64,000 nt of DNA, taken from positions 3,224,001 through 3,288,000 of the forward strand of contig NC_092680.1 of NCBI RefSeq assembly GCF_964355755.1, given 5' to 3'. Within the stretch, counting starts at the first letter, position 1. Every line of letters begins with the position of its first letter. Origin of the DNA: Antedon mediterranea (Eukaryota > Animalia > Echinodermata). A program made the translations under genes and the position numbers. This document shows positions 13,081 to 24,300 of the stretch, piece by piece. Below the pieces are notes generated by a model. It ran no database searches, was not told the origin of the DNA, and saw only the letters and a program-made list of their open reading frames with translations.

Positions 13081-16000
13081 AAGGAACTAATGTTTTATTC
13101 ACATTTTTTTAAACCATGTTTTTATTCAGAATTTATGGGCCTGTGCAGGATAAATACAAAAATCACAATACAAGACGACCCAATTAATCCTTACACAGAA
13201 TAAGTTTCCATTGGGGTCCAAAAAAGTGATCGAAAAAAGTTTCAATTATTGAGCCTACGAATCGTCATGGGTATCGGTAATCTAAATGTAATCGGTAATC
13301 CAAACAAAATCCTTTAATACTCTGTTTAGGCTTTTTTGAGATTAATATTTCTTTAGTAAGCCCTCAGAAGCAGGATATGTGTTATTTTACTATTTTATTT
13401 AAATAATAACATAATACATTTTTTTTTTAAATTGACGTGATCAATAAATATTTACCTTGAAAATGGATTACATTTCTCCGTGGTTGTTGTTACTGCGTTA
13501 GAACACAATGGAAAATCTGCATACATAAATCTTATTTTAGGCTGATCGGTTAAAATCGGGGACGCCGCAACCCATATATCTATTACAGTATAACAATCAT
13601 AAAGTTTCTTCGACCATATGTCTGGTGGTAGAACAAGTCTCTTCAAATAAGGACATACAGCTGGAGGTCAATCTGGCTCTTGTGCGCTTTACGAACACAG
13701 TGCATCTTTCCAATGTGTAAACGGTTACCCGCCCTTGTCGTTATGGACAGACAAAAATAAGCGCCGTTTTTTTTTATAAAGTTGTTGACGTCAAGTTCTG
13801 AGGCTGTATACATACAATATATATATTACGTGTATTATTACGGTTTACAGGCGGTATTCTCTTTGAAATCATTGAATAATAAGTGAACCTATTGTTAAAT
13901 CGTTTACATACGTTACTTTATATTTACTATGCAAATTTAATTAATTCAAAAAATTAAAACTGTATAGTACAATATGTGCCTACCCATGTTAAAAACGGTT
14001 GAAATTGATATTATCTTTTCCTTCATAATGCTACTTGGTTTAAGGGAGAATCTGCTAAATGGAAATTGGTTGTGGTGTATTAAGTACAAAATTAATATAA
14101 AAAAGAAACAATTCAGCTAGGAGAAAGTCAATCAATCAATCAACGTAAACATTTATTTTCCTTCTGTCAATCAATTACAATAAAGCAAATGAATTAGGTA
14201 TTAAAAGAGAATGTACGAATTTCAAATAATACATTTCATAAATATATATATAGCCTATATACTTGTTTTTTCCTCTTTTTTTATGATAATTTCAATTAGT
14301 CAATTCTGATGTTAGAGGCATCTAAACTGAATAGTGACCCTCTAAAAATCTAAAAACACCATCAAAATATATACAGTACGACTGTTTTGTTAGCATGTAT
14401 GAAGTTTATTTTTTGTAAAGTATTATTCCTTTAATGATTCTATGTTATATTTTACCTGGTTATCATCACAATAGTTCGAGCATAGTTGGTTGCAGGTAAC
14501 ACCTGCAGCACGGTTCAAAGTTGCAGGCCACTCTATCCAGGGGCGCGTATGATAGTTTCCGTGTGGGAGAGGTGTGAATGTGGTGATTGAATTTACTTCA
14601 ATTTCAGTAAAAGTAGACCTAGATCAAATCTTTTTTCTATATATAAAATCTATTTTATAATCAATAATAATTGTGATTTGGAGAATTATTTTGAGATGAG
14701 AGAATTTGATGAGTTATGTTCAATTGACAAGCGATCATTTCACTTTACGATGAATATTTCTTTTTTTATTAGACGTTCTTATTTTTTCTTCAAAGAATGT
14801 TAAAAACTACTCTAACTTACTGTAAGAGTAAATTCAGTTTTTTCCTTAGGTCATTCTGATTTTGCGTCAAATGTCAATTCGCTATTTTCTCTGAAGCTAT
14901 CCCGCTAACACAGCATAGGAATAGCATAGATTACAAAACAATGTATGTTCATATTTTTAATTGCCGATGAAGTTAATCAAACAAATAACCGTGACCACAT
15001 TCTAGGAATATCTTATTATTCATTTCCAGTTTCCTATCCCGATCGGTTAATAATAACGTTCATTGTTGCTAAAATTCGTGGTAATAATGGTTGACTTTTG
15101 ACACCAAAAGCTAAGTAAATAATGACAAAACAACCATAATAGTACCATGTTATAAATGGTATTATAGTAATTTTGAAATGCTATTCACATAGTAGATCTA
15201 CTCTTGTAGCATGCCACAATAGTGTCAATTTCAGTAAGTAAATAATGTTTAAATACAAGATACAAGAAACTTTATTTGTCTTTTTGCTCAAAAACAAAGA
15301 AATATTAAATTATAATATTAGAATAAGCAAATACAAAAATATCAATTTAATATTCATGATCTGCGCCCTCGAGACCTGGCGATTGACTCAACGTACAGTT
15401 ATAGACTAACATGATTTCTGTTTTAAACTATTGGAAGATTGTGTGAATTGCAGAATTGTTTCGATTAAATAGAAAGATCTTGATAAGTTGGATTAGAATT
15501 AGGGTCATTTGACACGCGACCATGTAATATACCGATGCTTTAGATAAACATAGAATAGGGTATATAGGCCTATTATCAGGAAATAACGATAGTCGTAAAC
15601 AAAATACTATAAGTTTCCGCCTACTGACCTTACATAAGGAAACAATAACAAAAATCTAAATCAAAACCAATCACATTAAACTAAAAATCTATTCACTGTA
15701 TAGTTATGATCAACCGACGAGTTTCGTTACAAGTAGTAGGTTTCTAACATAATTTGTTTCCGCTTTGATTATAGTACCCTTTGTCTTCTTGACACTTTTT
15801 AAATACTTCTGTAGGCGTCATGACAGTAAATGCAGTCTAATGATTCACCGAAGAAGGTATATGGTTGAACATGAGAGCCTCTATATTCTGTAATTGTATG
15901 GATAAACAAAATGAGAAGCAGGTAAGTCTATGGGTCTCTTTGTGTGTTAAGACTCGGAAAGAATACGTTTATTATCGCTATGCTCTGTGAATTAGTAATA

Positions 16001-16719
16001 GTTTTGTTATCGAGCAAGTATGACTACCCGTGTTCTTCTAGATACAGATGTCACTTCCATACTTCGCCAAAAACGGGTCATTACGGCGCCATGAGTACCG
16101 TATACCTAAAGCGTGTTTCCCACTAGAACGCAACACAGCGACATATCGACGCAAAATGCTGTATTGCGTAATCGATCACAAGTGGGAACCGACGACGCAA
16201 TAAGGCTGCAAACATCGTATGTTTGAATTGACGCAGGCGGGGAAAAACACAATGATTGGAAGGGCATTTTCTTACGTTGCGTAGATTGCGTTACGTTGCG
16301 TCGCTAGTGAGAACCAAGCTTAAGGTGGAAAAATAATAATTTATGTTTCCTAAATTTCGTTAACTAAGGTTTGTATGTTATAAATCCCCCGCCCCTGGCT
16401 CCCTGTATTAAATAAAACTTCCCGTCACCCGCCCATATGTAATCGTTAGTTTCCATCAACTCGAATGTAAATAAACATTTCGTTTTGAAGGCCTATTAAT
16501 TTCTCGAAAAATTATTTCGTACATTCTGTCTACGATTGTTTACATTCTTTTCTTCCGACTAGGCCTATGTAAAAAGTAAAATGGAAGTAATACCTGGAAC
16601 AATCAGTCGTAATTATTGGTTAGGCCATTTTATATATTGAGAAGAAAACCCTAATGTTACTCTTTTTTTTACTAAACAGAACAGGATTCAATAAAAAGTT
16701 TCACTAAACACCATCAACA

Positions 16720-18703
16720 ATGGCAGAGTATGTATTTTGTTGTTCTATACATTTTGCTTATAAAAATATCATGTGTTTGTGTTAGGCATAATAGGCCTAT
16801 GCAAAAACTTTTATGTGACACGCATTTGATATGGCGAATATGATATGTGTTGCTTTATCGAAGCACAAATGCTAATAAACAATGCTTTTTACACCAAATT
16901 GTATAGTTATGCCTAATCGAATGTTAGTGGCGTTATTGTAAATAATGCTGTACGTTAACGTACGTTGTGTGGTGGTCCTTTGGAATAACCATCTAATTAG
17001 CATGTGAAACTCTACATCGGTTGATTATTTACAGATTACTCAGTGTCCTTATTTAAAAGTGATTTACTAGTCATAAGCTGTTTTTCTCTCTTCATCTTAG
17101 AAAATGTAGAGCGTGGTTGAGAAAATATTGCTGCGACGTATTTATACACTGTTCATCAAAAACAACCACGGATGTATATCAGGAATGTAATGCCGCCGCA
17201 CAAGAGCAAATTAGTGAAAAGCATGACATATGTGATAGGTCTACACCATGCAGCGCAGAAGTAGGCCTACCAGTTAAACAAAATGATACTATTTCTACAG
17301 ACGTCGATGTGACGTCGACGTCTTGTAGTACAGCAACGGTTCCATTAGATTGTCAAAAACGCCAGAAAAAGACAATTAAACCTAAGAGTCAATCTTTAAG
17401 GTTAAAGTCTCATGGAGTGAAGTTGCCGGGATTGAGCTCCATAAGGCTACAACGTTCTTCATTAAGCATTGATGACGAAATAGCAAACGAAAATAGTTAT
17501 TGCAACGTAGATTTTAACAAGCGGTTAATCAAAATGTTTAATATGCAAATATCAAAAGCGGAAAACAAACAAGCAGATGATAAAGATGAATCTGAAAACG
17601 TAGTCCCATCTCCCGAAAAGATTTATGACGACGTATATGAGGCAACAGAAGAAGGTCTTAAAACGAACAAAGAAAATGAGGATGTTATTGAAGGATGGGA
17701 AGAAAACCCTGAATACGACAAAAGCAAGTCATTTCAAGAATCTGTACCGCAACTTCTGTATGATACTATTCCATTAAAGGGCGACAGTAAACAAGATCCA
17801 AACTCACCGACATTTTTAATGACAGACAGCAGTAATAACTCTTTCAAAGATTCTCCTGATAAAGAAACTATCATCTATGACGACATCGATCAAAAGCATT
17901 TGTATGTTAACGAGTTACAAGTATCATCTACCGGTGAAGGATTCGTACATGAAAACAAAACAACATTAAGGTCTAAAATGGACAGTGAACATGTATACAT
18001 AAACGATGATCGTTCAGTTGATACAGAGTGGGATAAGAACATAGCTTATGCAGAAATCCCAGCTGATGAATTGGCGGGAAAAGAGCACGCAGTAGAGGAA
18101 GGATGGGAAGACAACATTGCTTATGTAGGACTACTCTCAACTGATGCATTGACGGGAAAAGAGCACGCAGTAGAGGAAGGATGGGAAGACAACATTGCGT
18201 ATGTAGGACTACTCTCAACTGATGCATTGGCGGGAAAAGAGCATACAGTAGAAGAAGGATGGGAAGAAAATATTGCATATGCAGGAATCGGTAATGTTGA
18301 TGCATTGCTGGGAATGTACCACGTAGGCGAAGGAATTACAAGAAAATATGCGTATGATGATGTATTTATAGATATGGAACATGACGCATCAGAAGAAGGT
18401 TGGGAAGAAAACACGGCATACCACTCGCGAAATAATAATTTGCCAGTAGTTTGTAAAACGCCGTCCGTTCGTTCAGACAATTGTAGTCACGGCGCGGTAC
18501 GCGCTAGTAGTAGTACGTCAGAAGCAAATGGAGGAAAGCGCAGTAGGGCTTATACAGAGAGTATGGTAATGAGGAATAACTTTCAACGAGACTTAAGAAT
18601 GGCAATTAATTTGAGAGCTCACAAAACATCACTTCCTATAGAACCAAACCAGGTATCCTCAAATGAAAGTTATGATAATGTGGATTCACCAGGAACTCTT
18701 TAA
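16720..18703 (+). CDS. Acidic, disordered Tyr-motif-rich protein; either a stand-alone adaptor-like gene or an alternative tail exon of the MAM receptor
   Basis: Long open exon 17101-18703 behind a good acceptor (ttcatcttag). A micro coding exon ATG GCA GA|gtatgt at 16720-16727 splices in frame to give MAEKCRAWLRKYCCDVFIHC. It has many YxxI/L/V and YxN motifs and six W-[ED]-x-N-x-x-Y motifs. Confidence 0.75.
18065..18300 (+). repeat. Coding 78-bp (26-aa) tandem repeat, 3 copies
   Basis: DxLxGKEHxVEEGWE[DE]NIAYxG units, with near-identical nucleotide copies. Confidence 0.92.
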
Positions 18704-20210
18704 AGCGATATGTTATTTTCTGTTACGCTAATTGATGAAAAAAAAATGAACTCGAAATTTATGTGTATGATAGGCCTATATAATATTATAAAAGATGTGA
18801 TAATTTTAACCGACCTCTTTAAAATGTTAAGATGCTTTTAAAAATAAGAAGAAATACAATTCAACGAGGTTTGACTTGGTATGAATGTTCTCTTGTTTTG
18901 GCCGGGCATTACTTAAGTGCCTTGACATTTTCACTTTATGTATTGTTTTCATTTACGGAATTTCGAGACCAGTTTCTCGGCTGTATTTGTTTTATTTACA
19001 TCAATGTATTAATATTAAAAAAAGTTTAATTGAACGAGGGATGGTCAGAGTTTATTTCCGTTAAACTCAATATTATCTTTTGCATTGCAAAGGTGAGTTA
19101 ATTTTAACATATTTCTTCGTTCTCCAGCTTTAATGTTTTGGATCGATTTTTTGGGTGTTGAATTTTACCACATTAAATTTGTTTATATCTTACGCTTGCC
19201 TTTTCCATTATCAATATTGTACGTAAAGGAAACATATCTCGTACATCTTGTCTGTCGAGGTATATCAAATTATACTTCTGTTTCCTTCCTGATCGATAAT
19301 AAATAAGTTAAAGGAGGTCTATAAGGAAACAAATTGTGTTTTTAAAGATAGTCTGATAATAAACAAATGCTTCAAGAATAAAAAAAATTAAGTCTTGTTT
19401 GTTGTATAATATTTATAATGAATTCAAAAGATGTTCAAAGTTTCCATAAAGCAGGTGTATTGTAAAAGTATTGCAACACATGGTGAAAAAATATAACAAA
19501 AATGTATGTCGTCCTACCAGTACTGACGAATGATAAATCTGACTTTAGTTGTTAATTGTGAAGGCACTAATGTCGTTCCATAGACTTTTTCTAAATCCGC
19601 ATTGTGGTTTGGTGGCGCCTTTCACACTCATGTATGTTGCGGGAAAATCAATTTTCATGGGGAAAACACGAAGTAAAACTTCTTGTTTGTTGTTAAATTA
19701 AGTGTATATTGATGATATATTAATTGGCTACCTGGATTGTGATGTTCCTAGATAATCTAGTTAGTAAGCTAGGCGCGTCTAGTAGTAGTAGCCTGTAGGC
19801 TTAGTGGCAGTAGTAGCCTGTAGAAGGACTAGGCTAGGAGGCCCAGGCTAGGCCACCCAGGACGCCTGATTAGTTAGTAGTAGTCTAGCAATAGCATCGG
19901 CCTGGTGCCTTTTTAGTAACCTATTGTGGCCTAGGCGGGTGCGAAAGTGCAGTAGCGCCTGTCTAGGCTACATTATTATAGATGGCAGTGGCACTAAATT
20001 AAAGTCACTCACTCAGTCTGTAGTATATGTCGTGTTGTAGTGTTTTGATACTCATTCATACGGTCAAGGTCAAGGAAACATGGAAGGCTTTTGTGGTGGT
20101 GGTGGTGTGTTGATTTTTTCATGACTTTACCGAGGTTTTCCCATAATTTTAGGCCAAATCATAATTTTGCATGGCTGGTATGTCCATAGTTATTTTTCTA
20201 AATAAAAAAT

Positions 20211-21051
20211 CGCTGTGGCTAAAGATACGGTACCGTATCCTAACTTCCGTTTACTAAAGATACGGTAAAATTGCATTACGTCATAATCAGCCAATGGGTG
20301 CTGGTACGTGTGTGACGTCATCGTATAAGGATTTTGTTTACATCGCGTTTGTAGAGAATGCCTATCGGCGGCGCCAGGCTGCATGGATGTGTGCGCTTAT
20401 GATAGCCAAATTAGAAGTAAAGGAATTAAATTCAATGTTGGAAATTGTGTTGCGTCTAGTTCATTCGTCCATAGGCCTATAGTTACTATAAGGGGTTTTA
20501 TTTATATTCCAAATTGCCTATTTAAGCCTATATTTTTTAATAAACTTTGTTTACAGATGGTGACCATAAACAAAAAGCAAATGCGGACAATAAAGGGGCC
20601 CTCAAATACTATGATTTAGACAATAGGCCTAGCCCCAGGTCTTAGTCACAGAAATCAGCGCACACATGCAGCTGGCCCCAGCCTGGCAAACAAACTCATA
20701 TACCGAGGCTATAGCATGGTTATAGTACGTAGTAGGCCTCTTTTGAAACGGTAAATTTCTGTATTCTAGAATTAAAATCAACATATTTTAGCCTATCAAT
20801 AATAACAGACGTAGGCCTAGGCTACATTTAGTTTTGTCACACGACGGGGATAATAGCGATAAATGAAGCATAATATTAATAAAGAAAATGTTAAGCCGCC
20901 GGTTGATCACTGTTTTCGCGATATAAAAAAAAATCCCAAGTCCTTATACGATGACGTCACACACGTATTGGCTGACTATGACGTAATGCAATTTTACCGT
21001 ACCTTTAGCAAACGGAAGTTAGGATACGGTACCGTATCTTTAGCCACAGCG
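20211..21051. mobile_element. Mutator-like non-autonomous element just upstream of the RTEL1 ATG exon
   Basis: About 120-bp TIRs starting CGCTGTGGCTAAAGATACGGTACCGTATCC, with a 9-bp TSD ATAAAAAAT (20202-20210 and 21052-21060). Confidence 0.88.
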
Positions 21052-21341
21052 ATAAAAAATTGCATTAAGTTCCTTGTTTACTATCGGGATAATTTCAACC
21101 TAAAGGTCATATAGCAGTTCCCCTATACTAAATTATGCAAATCTGCCTGTATATACCACCGGCTATAAATATTGCATGGAAATATGTTTCTGTGCTGTAT
21201 TAATTTAAACAACATACTACTGTACATCTTTTTAGTAATTATTGTTCATCACCTTTTTAATATTAGAAGTTATGTATGCTTTGGGGAATTTAAATCTGAT
21301 TCAATCTCTTTTTTCATAAAGATAAACAACCTGGATAAAAA

Positions 21342-24300
21342 ATGGAGACTTTGAAGATTGAAGGTGTGGCAGTTGAGTTTCCATTTGTGCCGTACGATTG
21401 CCAGGTTGTTTACATGCAGCGTGTTATACAGTGTTTACAACAGGTTAAATTTCCTTAACTAACTTTAGCAGTATTTCGTAAAATTTCTTTATTGTATTCT
21501 CTTGTAATATTTTCCTCAACATTAATGCTAGTTGTATATTATTGTTATTGGATGTCATAGACAGGTTCCATTTCTCAAAAAACGGCCTAGAAAACGAATC
21601 AAGAAGCATTTTTGGGTAGAAGCTGGGATCCACTTGATTTAGGATATTTCGACCTCGCTGATTACGAATATGACGGATCCCAAGCGAAATTCGGCCATCT
21701 AAGCCCTTAATTTGCATAATTAAAAATGGCGGCCATTTTTTATAATTACCCTATATCTCGAGAACCACTAGTCACAGATAATTAATTTTGGTGTCAAAAT
21801 GTTTTAAATATATGTTTTTATATTCACTTTAATGACACTTTTTCTCAAAAAATTGATGCAAGTCGTATTTCTGACATTTTGACCTTTGACCTTGATTTAT
21901 CGTATCTCAGTAACCAATAATCGGAGAGACACGAAATAGGGCTCAAATTGTTCAGAAACTATACATTCATATTTATTATAATGAAATGTTTTTACAAAAA
22001 ATGGCCGATTCTACAACTATTGACCTTTGAACTATTAGTCAAATATAATAATATAATAATAATATAACTTTGAAAATTGTGGTCTTATGAATTTTTTTTT
22101 CTTTTTAAATTGTTTAAAACATGTGTGTTTCTATCCAGTCTAATGGAATATTTTGTACAAGAATGGCCGATAGTATGGTTATTGACCTTTTAACTACAGC
22201 ATAGGCCTACTGTATACTAAATATAATATAATTGCATAACTATGAAATTATTTATACACAATAATAATTAGTAAAATTTTAAAATTCACTGCCATCAAAT
22301 ATGATGTGTTATGATTTATATAGATTTAAAAAGGAATTTGAATATGCAAGTTACATTTTTTGAAATTTGAAATTTGAAATTACCTACCATCAATATGATG
22401 GAGTGTGCTTATAGATTTTCTAAAATGTGAACATGTCAGCTACATTTGGAAATTACCTGCCATCAATATGATGGATTATGATTATAGATTTAAATAGGAA
22501 TTTGAACACGTAAGCTACATTAGAAAATTACCTGCCATCAATATGATGGATTATGATTATTGATTTAAAAAAGAATTTGAACACGTCAGCTACATTTGGA
22601 AATTTGGAAATTACCTGCCATCAATATGATGGATTATGATTGTATAGTACCTGCCATCAATATGATGGATTATGATTATAGAATTAAAAAAGAATTTGAA
22701 CACGTCAGCTACATTTGGAAATTGGGAAATTACCTGCCATCAATATGATGGATTATGATTATAGATTTTAAAAAGAATTTGAACACGTAAGCTACATTTG
22801 AAAATTACCTGCCATCAATATGATGGATTATGATTATAGATTTAAAAAAGAATTTGAACACACGCGTCAGCTACATTTGGAAATTACCTGCCATCAATAT
22901 GATGGATTATGATTGTATAGTACCTGCCATCAATATGATGGATTATGATTATAGATTTAAAAAAGAATTTGAACACGTAAGCTACATTGGAAAATTACTT
23001 GCCATCAATATGATGGATTATGATTGTATAGATTTAAAAGAAAATGTGAACACGTAAGCTACATTTGGAATGAACATGTTAAGGGCATCAGTTAAGATCA
23101 TTCATGCAAAGGTTTCCGTCATCTTTAGCGTTGTTACAGCGGCATAAAGCTGTACATGGTAGTTTTGACTTCTTGCACCTACATTTATTGGTTATGTATC
23201 GTGTCTTGCATCCACAATAAATCATCTCTAACGAAGCAGTAGGAATAGCTTCATTTTTCAGAAGCACTGGTTGAAGTTTACCATTAGATAGCTCCCAACC
23301 AAAATATGTTGGTGATGGCAAATGCTGGATTGGCGATACAGCTTTTTTCCATACGAGTGCTTGGAAGTGTGCTCTTTTTATATGTTGGTGCACTGCATCG
23401 CTTGTTGGAGGTAATGCCTTTTTTTTTAAAGCCTAACTTTATTGGTACTTTTAACTTGACCAACACCGTAAACGTAGCAAATGAATCTTTCCGATTTCAT
23501 AATAACTTGGTCACTGATAGGTTTTCTCCCAGGTCTTTAATTAGTTCATACCTTTTTTTAATACTTCCCATGCCGATGCCTTTGAGTGACCACTTAGATA
23601 TGAGCAGTGAAGAGTTAAATTACTGTATGTATGTATTAATATAATTTAACTCTTCCCTGGATATGAGGTAGTATCGCATCCACTAATAGTGTGGAATGGA
23701 ATCAGTGCTATTGCAGAACCCTCGGGCAAGGCTTGAAAAATGTCTTTTATAGATACTTTTTTTTGGATGTCCCTGTCATCATCCATTTGGATACCATGCT
23801 TTGGTAGCGAGACACTAGAATCACTAGTACGTACGTCTGTATCCCTAGAAGCAACTACAACTGTGTCGTATCGGACATTGGCAGCATGACAAGTCTCGTG
23901 TCCTATTCTTCATGGTCTGACCAGAGACAACGTATTCGTGTACAATTTTGATGATTTAACAACTGATTCTTTCATAAATCCACCAGCTGTGACAATTTCT
24001 TTGTCTACAGGAGCTTGACGAATCAACTCCTCTGATAGAAATCGTGTCAGATCTGCATTATTATCTTGTAATGCCAACAAGTTTGACCAGCAATTTGGCA
24101 GCGGTATTTCACCACTTTCTATAATTCGACGAATTGGTCTCTGTGTTTTGGTTCATCTTTGTCTGGTGGTGTCCTTTATCGACAGTTTTAAGTTAGGCAT
24201 GCCATGTTAAAAAAACACAAAAAACCAGAGGCATTATCTCCAACAAGCGATGCAGTGCACCAGCATATAAAAAGAGCACACTTCCAAGCACTCGTATTGA

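Noticed and set aside
17973-18480. Antisense ORFs over the 78-bp repeat
   Set aside because: These are shadow frames of the repetitive sense-strand coding sequence.
22290-23070. CRISPR-like repeat array
   Set aside because: There are no unique spacers and no cas genes, and the context is eukaryotic. It is a minisatellite in a transposon arm.
23088-23393. Host tesmin/TSO1 CXC gene
   Set aside because: It is embedded in a TIR/TSD-bounded element with frameshifted XPG-like sequence upstream, so it is an Academ transposase C-terminus.
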